DNA of 64,000 nt from Camelus ferus (Eukaryota). Location of the stretch: assembly GCF_009834535.1 (NCBI RefSeq), contig NC_045696.1, positions 62,684,001 to 62,748,000 on the forward strand. The letters run 5' to 3'. Positions 48,124 through 60,890 of this stretch are shown in pieces. Below the pieces are notes generated by a model. It did not search any database and was not told where the DNA came from. It was given only the letters and a program-made list of their open reading frames with translations. The stretch's first letter is position 1; every line of letters begins with the position of its first letter. A program made the position numbers and the translations under genes.

Positions 48124-49412
48124 TCTTCCCCACAAAAGTCCTTCAGATATTCAGATGTGCAGAGAAGCTCTCATTTCCTCTGAGTCACCTTCTGAGTGGT
48201 TAATAGCCCTTCCCTCACACACAGCCCTTCTCCCTCCCCCAAGGAAAGGCGTTCCATTTCTGAACATCAGCAAGTTGGAAATGTGGGTGGAAAAGCCTTC
48301 CTTCCTGGTGCAGGCCCCAAGAGGCAGGAAGGAAGCCTCTCGGGAGCAGAGCTCTGTGGGCACACATTTCTCACCTGGGAAGCCAATGTTCTAGTGTATA
48401 GCTTTCCCTGAGTCCCTTGCAGCCTCCTGAGGACAGCTGTCTGCTGAGGGACACAGATGTGTGAGCAGATTTCCCATGGGCCCCAGTTCCCTAGGCCTTC
48501 CCTGAGCCCCTGCCCTGTGCATGCAGCTCAGGGGCGTAGTGCTCAGCAGGGGTCACGTTCTTATTCTGGGCCCAGGTAGCAGTAAGGTTTTCAGGATGTC
48601 TGGGGCTGTTCAAAGAAGAAAGTGACAGAAGAGGAAAGCTTTGGGACAGCCAGGGTCTGGAGGAAATGTTTGCATTTGTTGGGAGCTGCCTGGAAGGACT
48701 TCCCTTTCCCAGACGTGGCTACACAGACCACCTTCTCTTGCTCTCCGCTCCTTACTTGTATTCTCCACTTTAAGGAAAAAACAGTTTCTCTGTGGTGTGT
48801 CATTTCTCCCGATTGGTGCGCTGGCTTGGCCATCTCAAGCCACAGAGCCAGGGTGAGGTAGATGTTAGCAGCTTCAAGCAGGGACGAGCACCTTCTGTCA
48901 CTTTCCCAAACGACACTGTCCTAAAGAGCCGCTGCTTCTTCCTGCTGCCCTGAGGGGGGCGGTTTGCACCTTCTGGGGTTCCTGCCAGGTGAGGACAGTG
49001 CATTTTCACAGCTCCCTGGAGCTTCCTGGACTTCATGGTCATGGGGCATCAGTGGCAGCTTTGGGGGATTTCTCTAGGGCTGCTTTGAGACCATACTGCT
49101 TCTACCGTCACCTAAAAGTTAGCTTAAATTTTATATTGGGGTAAAAATGAACTGAACCCCTAAATGTCTCTGCTATACATCTGGGCTCATCTCTAGGCAT
49201 TTTGAAACACTAGAGCTTCCCACACAGGGTGTTCTGGTGTGGAGCGAGCTCTTGTTCTGTCCTGGCATTCAGGGCTGTGTGCGTGGCCTGCCAGGAGGTT
49301 CTAGGGGGTGGGGGTCCCAGCATTTGCTGGGAGGAAGGGCCCAGCCTCTTGGGTTGGGGAAGCAGGTCATTTCCTTCTTCTCTCTGCGAGCTGGGCTGCA
49401 GGTGATACTAAT

Positions 49413-49660
49413 GAGGCAGCGTAGAGGAGCGATTAAGGGCCCGGACTGGACGGGGTTTGAATCTGGCTCTGCTACTGACTGCCTACGTAACCTTGAAAGC
49501 TGGCCACCTGACCTCAGTGTGCCTGGGGCATCATCTGTAAAACACTACCTTCTTCATGGATAGAAGCGGGGCTGTGAGGATGGAACAAATTAATATTTGT
49601 CTGGTGCCTACAACAACACTTGGTACAAGTGCTATGTGAGTATTTGTGAAATAAGTAAAG
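49413..49660 (+). mobile_element. MIR SINE (near full length)
   Basis: gaggcagcgtagaggagcgattaaggg...gggtttgaatctggctctgctactgactg...tcatctgtaaaac...tgtgaggatgg. Confidence 0.75.
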
Positions 49661-50744
49661 CAGATGTGCCAAAATATGCAACGCAGCATGGCGACTGTTG
49701 GTCAAGAATGTGTGTGCGAGAGGCGTTGAATGCCGATCCTCTCCCTGTGGTGGGTCTTCCTAGCAGAGGTGATTAAAATTCAGAACACTATTACCCGAGA
49801 GGCTGAAAATCTGATTTTTGAGGTGCTGACACATTCTTTTAGAGCCCGGCAGGGTTAGTTTCTCCAGGCTTCAGTCACTTGTTTGCCTACAGTCCTTCCA
49901 GAACTCTTGGGCACCTACTGGATGCACCAACATTTTTCCTTCCTACTTTGGGAGGAAGGTCCCACCCTCCCTCTCCCTCCACAGAGCTGGCTGAGCTGCC
50001 CACCCACAGATGTGGCTGCTGTGACTCAGGTCTCATTCTGGAAACATTAATTTTCCAGTCCTCCTCAGCGCTGCACAGCCTGGCGCCACCTTTCTGTTTA
50101 GCAAGAGGTACATTTCAAGCTTCAGCTGCCTCTCTCTCCCCATTTCACGCTCCTTGATCTGCCTGATTCCTTATCTGCACCATCCCCGTTCCATCAGGCT
50201 GCTGTGACCATGTTGGTGTGTGCACCTGCCCACCACCTCCACCCCAAAAAGATGGTGTAAGGTTCTGTTTCGTCAGAATTCAAGTAACCGGAAGATTCGG
50301 TTTGCAGAATGTCACTCCTTGTGCTCTTGTTAACTAGAAAATCCAGTTCATCGGTTTTGATAGAGAGTTATGCGTGAAATGAATCAAACTGAATTCAGTC
50401 TTCCTTCACTTTCTTCAGTGGTAAAATGAGAATCATATTGTGTGTCTCACCGAGTTGTTTGAAGATCTGCAGAAACCCTAAAGTACTACAGACATTTCTG
50501 AAAGATTATTAAATTATTAGACGTTAAGAATCCAGCTTCATTGGGGTCTACTGGATGGTGGGCATCAGCTATAAACCTCCGAGTAAATGAGGAATGAAAT
50601 TGTGGCATCACTCCTTGGCTCTTCGGCGCTGACTTGGTGCATCAAGAAAGCTCTATATCAACTCCCCAGCAAAGCCAATGTCATTCGTGCCTCCCAAACT
50701 TTATTTTCCTCTGTTGCAGTTTAAATTAATGATGAAATATACTT

Positions 50745-50972
50745 TGTAATAACAATAATAACTCATACTTAACAAATGTGTGTCATGTTCCAAGCACCAT
50801 TCACAGTGCTTGGATGTTTAATTATCCAGCTCCATGAGGTCAGTGTTGTTTCTGTCCCCATTTTACAGGTGAGGAAGTAGAGGTGCAGACAGGCAAAACT
50901 CACGCCCAAGGTGTCACAGCCTGTAAATGTGGAGCCAGGGTTCAGACCTGGGCACTGCTCCTGATCACCATT
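50745..50972 (-). mobile_element. MIR SINE
   Basis: taacaataataactcatactt...ccccattttacaggtgaggaagtagaggtgcaga...cccaaggtgtcacagc...ggagccagggttcagacc. Confidence 0.82.
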
Positions 50973-53289
50973 CTGCCCTTGGTCCCTGGGTGTGCGGGTT
51001 GGGCCCCAGGGGGGTCCCTCTTTGTGATTGTCCAGCCCCTAAAGAAGGAGTGCTCTCCTGGAAATGACTCAGTATGCTTATCTGCCTGCAAGAATCTGTT
51101 TCCTAGGGGGTGTGCATTTCTGAGCGGATGAGAAAAAAGCATTGTGTCCAGTGCTGTTGGATCTGTTTAAGCAGGAATTGAGGGCAGGCACTGGCAGTGG
51201 TCCCCAGGAATCAGCTGCCCAGCATTCCGGGTTTTACAGCCATCCCCTCACTAACCTGTAGGGGAGGCTGCCCCATTCCCTGGGGCCCCAGTGTTGAACC
51301 CGGCTCTCTAGGCTGCTGCTCTGACCCTGGAGTGTGTGGTCACCCGGCAGGGACTGAGGGCCCCTGTGGTTCATTTCCTTTTCCTTAAAGTTGAAATAAT
51401 AATGAAGTTTATCACTGGTGTCTGGGGTCTGCTCTGTCGAGGCCGCACTGGGCACGCAGAAAGGAGTCAGATGCAGACCAGCTGCCCTCAGGGGTATTGA
51501 GGTCAAGGACTCTGACGGGGCTGGGGTGGGAGAGAGGTCCTGAGGCTAAGACTATAGAAAGGCCATTATCAGCAGAAAGAAGAGCCAGAGTGAGGACAGG
51601 CAGGGAAGGGCCTGGCTGGGTTTAGGACTGAGGGAGAGGGGCTGGAGCACAGGGGCTGCGTGGCGGGGAGAGGGAAACTGAAGCCAGCCGGTTTTTAAAA
51701 ACCCCAGTGTTGGCATGTGTGCTCATCCCCTCTGTGGGCTGGCCCGGGGGCCATGTGATGGGCGTGTTGGGCCCTTTCCAGCCCAACTCTGACTCCTTCC
51801 CACCTGGGCCCTATAGGCTAGGGGTGCAGACATGGCTCCACCAGCACCAGGCAGGCCCTCAGCCTGTAGTCTCCCGCTTGACAGCCAGGCTTCAGCCCTG
51901 CCCCCGGCTCTGAGTTCCTGCTGCCTCAGCCCTACTGGGTTCCTTGGTTCTTTAGGAGTGAGGCCCTGCCTGGCTGCCTGCAGTCTTGCTGGCCGGCTTC
52001 CAGGATCTTCCTGTTGGTCCTCCCCAAAGCTGACCACCTGCCTGGACTTCTTTATTACCACATCTACTCCCTGAGCCTCTTAGAGGAGAGCCAGGAGGGA
52101 TAGTGTCCCTAATTTACAGAATTTGCCCAAGGTCACAAAACCAGAAAATGGAGGAGCCAGGCCTCAAGAATGTTCCAGTGTTCTTTTTACTGTGTCATGT
52201 CATAGCATGTATCCTGTGTAGTGAAAATAGCTTGATGTGCCGGGCCGCTGGCAAACGCTTACCATAGAGTTTTGTCATCTTCTGGCTGCTCTGACAGCCC
52301 AGCCCCATGCAGCTCCTGCAAAGAGAACAGTCTGCTCAGAAGCTGCTCACCTCTCAGTCTGAACTGTCACTGCGTCGTTGACTTGTAACCATTGTGGAGG
52401 AAAGAGGGTGGGGAAAGTGTCCTATGAGTGGGGACTTTCTGGAAATGCATTCTCCTGCTGCAGCAGATTCCAAGCCATCCTTCATGACTGCTGATGTGTG
52501 CATTTTGCTGCAGTTGCAGAAATAGCCCTACGATAGCTGTCCAAATGCTATATGTCTCGTTTGCTCTGGGACAGCTAGCTGCAAAGCCAAGGCCTGCCCT
52601 GGCTTGCAAGGTGCTGATGAGAATGTGGAGCTAGGACTGAAAAACCCACCTGCATGGTAGATGATCAAGTCAGAGCATATGTCCTGCTGGCAGCAGCCTG
52701 CATGGCCCTTTCATGGGCAAAGACCATGTGTGTTTGGAAATGAGTGGGGATGGGGAAGAGGAGGGTGAGAGAAACTTTCTCCAGCTGGTTCTGGTTCTGA
52801 TTCTAGGATGATTGAGCAACATGGAGGTCAGAGCTTTGGCAGTTAGGATGCTTGTGCCAGAGAGAGGCTGCTGCTCCCAGCCCTGGAGGGGGAACAGGCT
52901 GGTAGAACAGGTCAGCATAAGGGAGAGCACTTGCGTGGTCCATTGCTAAGGGCAGGCTGCAGGGGGTGGGGCCGGATGGCATCATGGAGAGAGGCGCCCA
53001 AATATGCTGCTTGCAGACCTTGCAGGCCTTGGCTGTGGCATTGCATTTGCAAGTCCTGAGCTGCTCAGATCCTTGGGGAACCTGCCACCATGGAAGGTTC
53101 TGCCTGCCGTCCTTCCTTGTGGCCTTTAGGACAAAGCCACATGTGGTAATGGTGAGAAGTCCCCTTTTGATCTGCTTCAACCTGATCTTTCAGACCCATT
53201 TCCCTCCACTCCCTTCTCCATGCCCTGAAGCTTTATGCACAGTGAGCTGGGTGTGGGTCTGGGTGCATCTTTTCAGATTCTCAAAGGTG

Positions 53290-54200
53290 CTGGCCTGAGT
53301 CCAATCCCTCTGGATTGCCTGTTGCCTCCATTCTCCTCTTCCTCCAAGGCTTTTTCACTTGCTGTTCCTTGGCTTTCCCCAGCTCCAGCTGCTTGCTTTG
53401 TAAGCTGAGTTCAAACACAACTACTTCCACGAAGCCCTCCCTGATCTACAAACATACCACCCCTAAGCTGGAAGTACATCTTCCTTGCCCTTTGCTCCTG
53501 AAACTCTTTGCCTATAGCTCTGGTGTCACCACAGCTCGACTATAAAGTTTTTTGGTTTTTGTTTATTTTTTACAGTTTTTTAATTGTGTTATAGTCCTTT
53601 TACAATGTTGTGTCAATTTCTAGTGTAGAGCACAATTTTTCAGTTATACGTGAACATACATATATTCATTGTCATGTTTTTTTCACTGTGAGCTACCACC
53701 AGATCTTGTATATATTTCCCTGTGCTATACAGTATAATCTTATTTATCTATTCTACATATGCCTGTCAGTCTACAAATTATGAACTCCCAGTCTGTCCCT
53801 TCCCATCCCCTCCCCCTTGGCAACCACAAGTTTGTATTCTATGTCTATGAGTTTCTATTTTGTATTTATGTCCTTTTTTTTTAGATTCCACGTATTAGTG
53901 ATCTCATATGGTATTTTTCTTTCTCTTTCTGGGTTACTTCACTTAGAATGACATTCTCCAGGGACATCCATGTTGCTGCAAATGGTGTTATGTTGTCATT
54001 TTTATGGCTAAATAGTATTCCATTGTATAAATGTACCACATCTTCTTTATCCAGTCATCTTCGACTATAAAGTTTTTGAAAGCAAGCAAGTACTACCCTC
54101 ACTCATCTCTGTACCTTTCATGCCCAGCCCAGCCCCGCCCCACCTGCAGTTTCTAGAAGAGAGCAGGCTGCACAGTCCCCTGTCAGTTGAGTTGAATCAT
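53290..54200 (+). mobile_element. LINE-2 3' fragment, split by a young L1 insertion
   Basis: ctgagttcaaacacaactacttccacgaagccctccctga...gactataaagtttttgaaagcaag...ctcatctctgtacct...gttgagttgaat. Confidence 0.6.
53553..54060 (-). mobile_element. Young, probably camelid-specific L1 3' end (about 0.5 kb, 5'-truncated)
   Basis: T-rich tail, then ttttacaatgttgtgtcaatttctagtgtagagcacaat...cttcacttagaatgacattctccagggacatccatgttgctgcaaatgg. Perfect 17-bp TSD tcgactataaagttttt at 53536-53552 and 54061-54077. Confidence 0.92.
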
Positions 54201-54355
54201 TGCACCTTCAAAGTCAGCTCCACAGTCATCTCTAAAGGTGCTAGTGGGTGAGTCCTCCCCATTGGGGGGCTGCTGGAGCTGTACCCGACATTCCTCAGAG
54301 AGGGACCCAGAGATCTACCAGAAGTCCTGGGAAAAGTGTATTACACTGAGTATTT

Positions 54356-54487
54356 TTAAATTTGAAGTATAATTAATTTACAATATTGTATCAGTTTCAG
54401 GTATACAGGAAAGTGATTCAATTATATATATATATTTTTCAAGTCATCTGTTTTTTGGCACCTGGGTTATTTCCATGTCTTGGCTAT
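54356..54487 (-). mobile_element. Short, internally deleted L1 3' fragment
   Basis: ttgaagtataattaatttacaatattgtatcagtttcaggtatacag...gtgattca joined to gtcatctg...ggttatttccatgtcttggctatt. Confidence 0.7.
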
Positions 54488-54527
54488 TTATACCGAGCAT
54501 TTGCTGAGCCTGATACAAAGGTAGGGG

Positions 54528-55326
54528 AGATATACAAATGGCCAAAAAGCACGAAAAGATGCTTGACATTATTAGTCATCAGTCATCAAGAAATCAAAAC
54601 CATAGTGAGATACCACTGCACACCTACTAGGATGACTATAATCAAAAAGTCAATACAAGTGTTGGCGAGGATATAGAGAAATTGGAACCTTCACACACTG
54701 CTGATGGGAATGTAAAATGGTGTGGTCACTTTGGAAAACAGTTCCTCAAAAAGTTAAACATAGAGTTACCATGGAACCCGGCCTTTCTACCCCTAGGTAT
54801 ATGCCCAAAAGATTGAAAAATGTATGACCACCCAAAAACTTGTACATGAGTGTTCATAGCAGCATTACTCAAATAGGCACAAGGTGGAAACAACCCAAAT
54901 ATCCATCAATTGATGAGTGGATAAGCAAAATGTGGCATATCCACATAAGGGCAAATACTACTTGGCCATTAAAAAGGAATGAAGTATTGACATATGCTAC
55001 AACATGGGTGAACCTTGAAAACATTATGCTGAATGAAAGGAGCAAGTCACAAAAGACCACATTTTATATGCTTCTGTTTATATGAAATGTCCAGAATAGG
55101 CCAAAGTAGTTGCTCAGGGCTGGGGTGGTTGGGTTGGGGAGGTTTGTGGGAATGATAGCTCAAGGGTACTGGGTTTCTTTTCGAGGTAATGAAAATGCTC
55201 TAAAGTTGATTGGTGATACCTACACAGTATCTGTAAATATACTAAAGACCATTACATTTTATACTTTAAATGGGTTGATTGTATAATTTGTGAATTATGT
55301 GTAGATAAAACCATTATCAAAAAAAA
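54528..55326 (+). mobile_element. L1MB-like 3' fragment (ORF2 C-terminus, 3' UTR and A tail)
   Basis: Remnant peptides KRCLTLLVI..EIKTIVRYHCTPTRMTIIKK and WKQPKYPSIDEWISKMWHIH..WVNLENIMLNERS resemble the L1 ORF2p C-terminus. A-tail at about 55319-55326. Confidence 0.9.
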
Positions 55327-55667
55327 GGGTAGGAGTAGGTATATGGCTGCAGTGTAAGTGTAGACATCAGTGTATGTGCTAAACTCTGTTTTTCATGGAA
55401 GGAGACATCTTTTAATGCCATCCCTGTCTGCCTGTAGCCTACCACCTTTCCCCCAAGCAATATTTTTTTCCAGAATGGAACACACGTAAGTGCTGACAGA
55501 TACGTTATAAAGTCACTTTTTAAAGATGAAAATTTTTATTTCATTTTTATGATCGAGCTGCCCTTTTACTTTCCAAGAGAATTAAAAAGACTCAGCTTGC
55601 ATTTGGATTTCTTTGTTGGCCATGGGACAAGGCAGCTCTACTAATCTTTCAGTGTAAGTGGTGGCTT

Positions 55668-56420
55668 TCATTCATTCATTCATTTAGCCTTCCAGTACAG
55701 TCAGTCATCCTTTCCCAGCAAACATCTATTGTGTGCCAGTGTTTTAGGATCTGAAGAGACAGAAATAAGTCTTCCCCATCACGGAGCTTCTAGTACAAGG
55801 GGGAGACATTCACGTAAGCAAGTAATGGATTAGTATTGTGATGAAGGGCTCTGTAAACACATCAGAGAGGCCCTTGAACTCAACTAGGAGTAATCAGGGA
55901 AGGCATCAGGGAAAGGTGACTTACTGGAAGACAAGTAGGAGTTGACTGAGAAGAAAGTACACCTTAGGTAAAGGGAGCTGTGTGGGGAGTGGCTGAGGTG
56001 CTTCAGGGAACTGGGAGAGTCCAGTCCAGGGCGCCAAGGTGGGCAGGGTAAGGGTCAGACTGGGAGCACCTCTGAAACCACACAAAGGCATTTGTTCTTT
56101 ATTCTGCATGAAAATCCCTGATTTTTCATTTTAGGAAGGTCAAGTTGGCTGCATGATGGGGATTAGATTGGAGAGGAGTGAAAACATGAAAACCTGGGAT
56201 GGGGTGAAATTTAGGGAGGGGGAGTTGAGGAGGAGGCTGAGGGTGACATGGGGTAAAGGGTGCCACCCAGGGTTCTGGCTCAGACATTCTGGTGGGTGCT
56301 GGTGCCCGTTTGTAAACTAGAGGCACTGGGGGACGTGCAGGCTTTGGTTGGTCAGTTGCCTCCTGGTGGCTGCTCCGAGTCTGAGCTGTCCATGCTTACA
56401 TAGGCCGTCTGCCTTCACCA
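55668..56420 (-). mobile_element. LINE-2 3' fragment
   Basis: tcattcattcattcattt...cagcaaacatctattgtgtgccag...ggagcttctagtacaaggggaga...atcagggaaggcatcaggg. Confidence 0.7.
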
Positions 56421-57394
56421 GTGCTGTCACAGGTCACTGTCCCTGTGGGCCTGGGGCTCCTGGCAAGCCAGCCTCTTACAGTCCTCTGGACTCTGGTTTC
56501 ACTGTCTGTGCAACAAGGAGGTGGATTTACTGACCTTTACACTGCCTTCTAGTTCTGATAGTCCATCACCTTGTGTGATGGGAGATTCCACATTTGCACA
56601 ATCACCTCTTTTGATGATTTACATAATCATTTCAGAGACACTTCAAATTCATTTCTGATCATCTGTCCACGGTGAGAGAATTCTGAAAGCTTAGATTTTG
56701 GTTTTTCTGTCCCTGCCTTCACAAAGCCTTTTTTTCAAGCACTGAATTACTGAACATTCAGAGTTTCTGGGGAGCTGTGGTGGAGAAGGCTTTTCCCAAG
56801 GACTCTCCTGAAAGATGATGCCCAGCCCAAGTCCTTCAGGCTCCTCCCACCTTTACCTCTCAGGCCCTCTTCTTTTCGTTTCTTAATCTAGTTCTGAAAA
56901 TCCACAAGGAGAACATTCTCTAAAATAGACCCGGGTGTTGGTGCTACACTCCAGCTGCAGAATGGTACCTACGAAGATAAAAGGACTCTTTCTTTCTGCT
57001 TCCCTGTGAGAGTGTTCCGGCCCCTCTGCGTCATAGCATCATAATTGCATCACAACTAGGCAGGGAAATCAAATCACCTCCCACCAGATTTCCAGTGTTT
57101 TTCCACTAGGCAACCAGGGCAGAACGAGGGCTTCTGAGAGGCGAAATCCCCTCCCTCCCTCCAGCTGACAGACATGTGGCCTTGTTGCTGACCGTCTGTT
57201 TTCTCCAGGGAGAGGAGGGTTGGATCAGATTGAGGGAGAGAGGAGGGACACTTCAGGGCTCTCTGTTTTTCTGTATCACCTCTTTCTCAAGAATGGACGC
57301 TCTGTCCCCGCATGCTTCCTTCCCTGGAAGTCACTTTGTCCTATGGGGTCCTTGCCAAGACTGTCACAGAACTGGAGAATGTCAGAGTTGAGAG

Positions 57395-57530
57395 GTCCAG
57401 TCCAAATCCATGAGCTCCTTCCTAGAGAACAGGAATTCTGTCTTCATCATCTTTATGTATCCAGCACTCAACACAGTGCTCGGCACACAGAGTCTCCTTG
57501 AAGGTTCACTAAGTCAATGATGGAATTGCA
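57395..57530 (+). mobile_element. LINE-2 terminal fragment
   Basis: catgagctccttcctagagaacagg...tcatctttatgtatccagcactcaacacagtgctcggcacacag. Confidence 0.65.
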
Positions 57531-60182
57531 GAATGATCGATCTGGTTTACCAACGGGGAGGCAACTCTGACCGTCCATCGCCAGGTGGAATGTGATTCTG
57601 TTAGCATCCACTGGACGTGCATTCTCAAGTCACAGGCGATGTCTCGGCCATGTCTGCACCTGCAGGCCAGCCCGGTGTCAGGGAGGTATGTGGATGACCA
57701 GCTGCCTACCCCCCACACACACCCCCCCACCCATCAATGTGGTGCTGGTGCGGCTCCTTCTGGCTGGGGTCTGGCAGCCTTTCATGCGGGGCCTTACCTG
57801 CCTCAGGCTGACGTCAGCAGTGGGCTTCTCAACCTCACTTTGGTGAATTAAGAGTGGAATACAACTCATAAAAAAAAGAGAGAGAGAGAGAGAAAAGAAA
57901 AGAAAAGAAAACTGCATCAGCTTGCTTCAGGGAGAAGAGAAGTTTAAAAATAACCTTACAGAGTGTGTGTGTGATGTGGCCATTTGTCACTGTTGACGTT
58001 TTTCATTTGCCGGCCGTACAGCAGTAATTCCTAGACCTGGTTTTGTGCTCCTCCCTGCTGTCTTTCTCAAGGATCTCAAGGGTTTTCATGAACTTGCGGA
58101 AAAGTTGCTTGAATCAAAATTTTAATTCACATATTTCTGTTGATTTATTTATACCTTAGGCCCCATCTATTTGCAAAGATTTTTAAGGTGGCATCTAAGA
58201 AAGGAGATGTAGGTAAGGTTAAAATTTAAAAAAAAAAAGAAAAGATTCTTTAAAATGTAGGAAGAGGAAGCAGAAAGTAAGATATTTGCTTTGATTGAGG
58301 ATTCAGTTCAGCAGTTAGCTTCTTGGAAACCAAGAAAAAAATTAGATACGGTGAAACGTGTGATATGTTTTGCAGCAGAAGCCTGTGGAGTCAAATGCCC
58401 TGGGTCAGCTCGGATTTCAGGTACCGTTGTAGTGAGCGGTCTCCTGGGAGCTCAGGCTCGGCCTGGGCATCTGTGGGGCATGGGAACGGGGGTGAAGGCG
58501 CCAGCCTCCTGCCCGCTCGGAGGGCAGCTCTGTGAGGCTCCTGTACGTTTGTCTGGGTCCTGGCTGGACTGAGCACCCACTCCTCCAGCTGCAGTCCAGG
58601 TAACTTATCTTTATGTTGGATTCACAGTGTCCCTTGTCTGCCTGACCCCTCTCAAGCCACACTACCATGGTTCCTGGGCAGACACTGTTTTCCTCTGGTC
58701 TCTCCCATTCGGGGGACCTCAGTGGGAGTGTGCGTATTAAAAGCCACCTTAGTTTAGCTCAAGAAGCCCCTATGACTGTATTAAACCCTCAAGGAACAGC
58801 AGCCCCCATATTTTCATTTCCATCTCCAGACATTCTTCCCAGCAAGGGGAAGGAACTGTCCTGTTTTTGCTGTCACTCCTCAGGAGAAACCATTTTGTGA
58901 CAAAGAGGAAGGAAAGGACTCACAGATTGGGCTCTCCTTTGCCTGTCTCCCCTAGAACTGCCCTCTGCCCACTTCCCCTGTCGGTGGGCACTGCTGTCTG
59001 ATAGGCTCTGTTGTGGAAGATGGGTGTGGGTGAACTGAAGCTGCTGTCATGCCTGGGGTTGTCCTCACACAGGGCTCAGCCCCGTTTCCAGATCAGCACC
59101 GTCAGGGCCTTTTGGTCTGACTCCACTCCCGGCTGAAGATTCTGATCATGCACGTTTCAGCTTACTTCAGGGTTTTGGTTGAAAAGCAAAGTGGTTGCTT
59201 TGTGTTGTTGGGATAATTTGCATTTGGAAACGTGGAGCCCCCTGGTACTACCAGGGGATTCACTGAGCTTGGATTCTGACTGGGGATCACTCTCCACCCC
59301 AAGGGTTTGAATCAGATGACCGGCTGGGAGGGTGGCTGTCACAGCCCTGCTGTTCATCCCGGGCTCTGCTACGCCCCGTTCTCAAAACTCTTGTTCAGGA
59401 CCTGCTGTCCCCCTGGACAGCGTCCTGACTCCTGAGCCCCCAGAGGAAGGAGGTGGGAATGAAAGGAACCCAGGCCCCAGGCTTTCCCCACCTTTACTTC
59501 AGCCTCCCTTACCTTTCTGGGACTGTTCTAGTCAAAGGTGTGGGAGGAGTGGAGGCTACCAGCATCATTTTTCAGGCCCCAGTTTTAACCTCAGTGCCAC
59601 TTTCAAAGTCAGGCTCCTTGTCTTGTTTGTGGGGAAGGGTTTCTCTGTAAATCTCTGGTCACACTGTCTTCCTTGTTATGTGGTTACTTCTATACACATC
59701 TCTTCTCTTGTTCTAGGCTATTAGCTTCCTGAGGGTGGGGATCAAGCCTTTCAGTTTTTCTTTTTCCTTGTGAGTAACTGCTTAGTGAGTATGTAATAAA
59801 TTAATGGATCCTAGGTTGGCCTGAATGCAATTGGAATGCCTTTTATTCCTACTGCGTCTGTTTTCTCCCACATACTTCAGATAACATATGGCTGCCTTGC
59901 TCACCCTGCATCACTGGTAGCAAATACCAGTCTTGCATCTATGAAAAATGGTTCCCATGCTGGCTCAGACTCCAGCCCTTCCGGGGCCAGCAACCCCATT
60001 CTGTCCTCTGGCCAGCTCTAGTGGGAACCTGGCCGATCACATCCCCAAGCAGCAGGGGCAGCCCCACAGTGCTGAGGAACAGTTTGTATCCATTTCTCCA
60101 CGGGGCTTTTGCATCTGGAAACAAGAGGGCTCACTTTCAAGGTGTCTTGGGTTCTTGGAAGTAGATATTAAGGCATGTGCTC

Positions 60183-60345
60183 ATTAGTCCATCAGTCAGC
60201 AAATATTTACTGAATGCTATCTGCTTGCCAGGCCCTGTGCCAGGAACTGGGGATGCATTCATGAACAAACCAGATGAGTCCCTACCCCATGGAATTCACA
60301 GTCTAGCAGGAGAGACATAGAAACATAAAGCAAATTACTATCAGG
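60183..60345 (-). mobile_element. LINE-2 terminal fragment
   Basis: cagcaaatatttactgaatgctatctgcttgccaggccctgtgccaggaactggggat...ggaattcacagtctagcaggagagaca. Confidence 0.8.
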
Positions 60346-60634
60346 AAAAAAAGTGTTATTCTATGCCAAGCCAAAAAGGTTTCAGAGCTCTCTCATGCTG
60401 TTACCTCCAAGTCAGTCCTAGGGCTTGGATTCATACCCATTGTTTTCCCAGAAGAATTTCGGTCCCCGGTTATCTTGTCTGTTCCTGGAGAAAGCATTGG
60501 AGTTTGCCCTGAAGCAGCTGCCAAGCACTTGGGACATTACCATTAAGCATAAGGGACTCTACTTTGGCTCTGGCTTACTGTGTGACCACTCTGGTCCTCA
60601 GTCTCTTCATCTACAAAATGAGGGCTGTGTGGTC

Positions 60635-60890
60635 TAGGACTACACCTCTCAAAGTGAGTTCCATGGAAAACCAATCCCAGAGAAAAGAATTTCATGATGA
60701 GATAAGTTTGGGAAATTGAATATTTTACATAAACATAAATATATATTTTTTATTCCCCTCTTCTCGATTCGTAGAGCACATTAAAGGCTCTGAGAAGTCC
60801 TAGAGCACACAGTCTGGCCCAGCTTTGTTGAATGTAACCTTTTAAAAACTTTCGGACCCAATTCCGTTTTTTCACATAGCATCTGTTTTC
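60635..60890. mobile_element. hAT-Charlie family DNA transposon remnant (Charlie4z/MER103-like)
   Basis: tctcaaagtgagttccatggaa...ataagtttgggaaa...cattaaaggctctgagaagtcct. Confidence 0.6.

Noticed and set aside
54386..55085. ORFs 54386-54676 and 54840-55085 as genes
   Set aside because: Broken L1 ORF2 C-terminal remnants.
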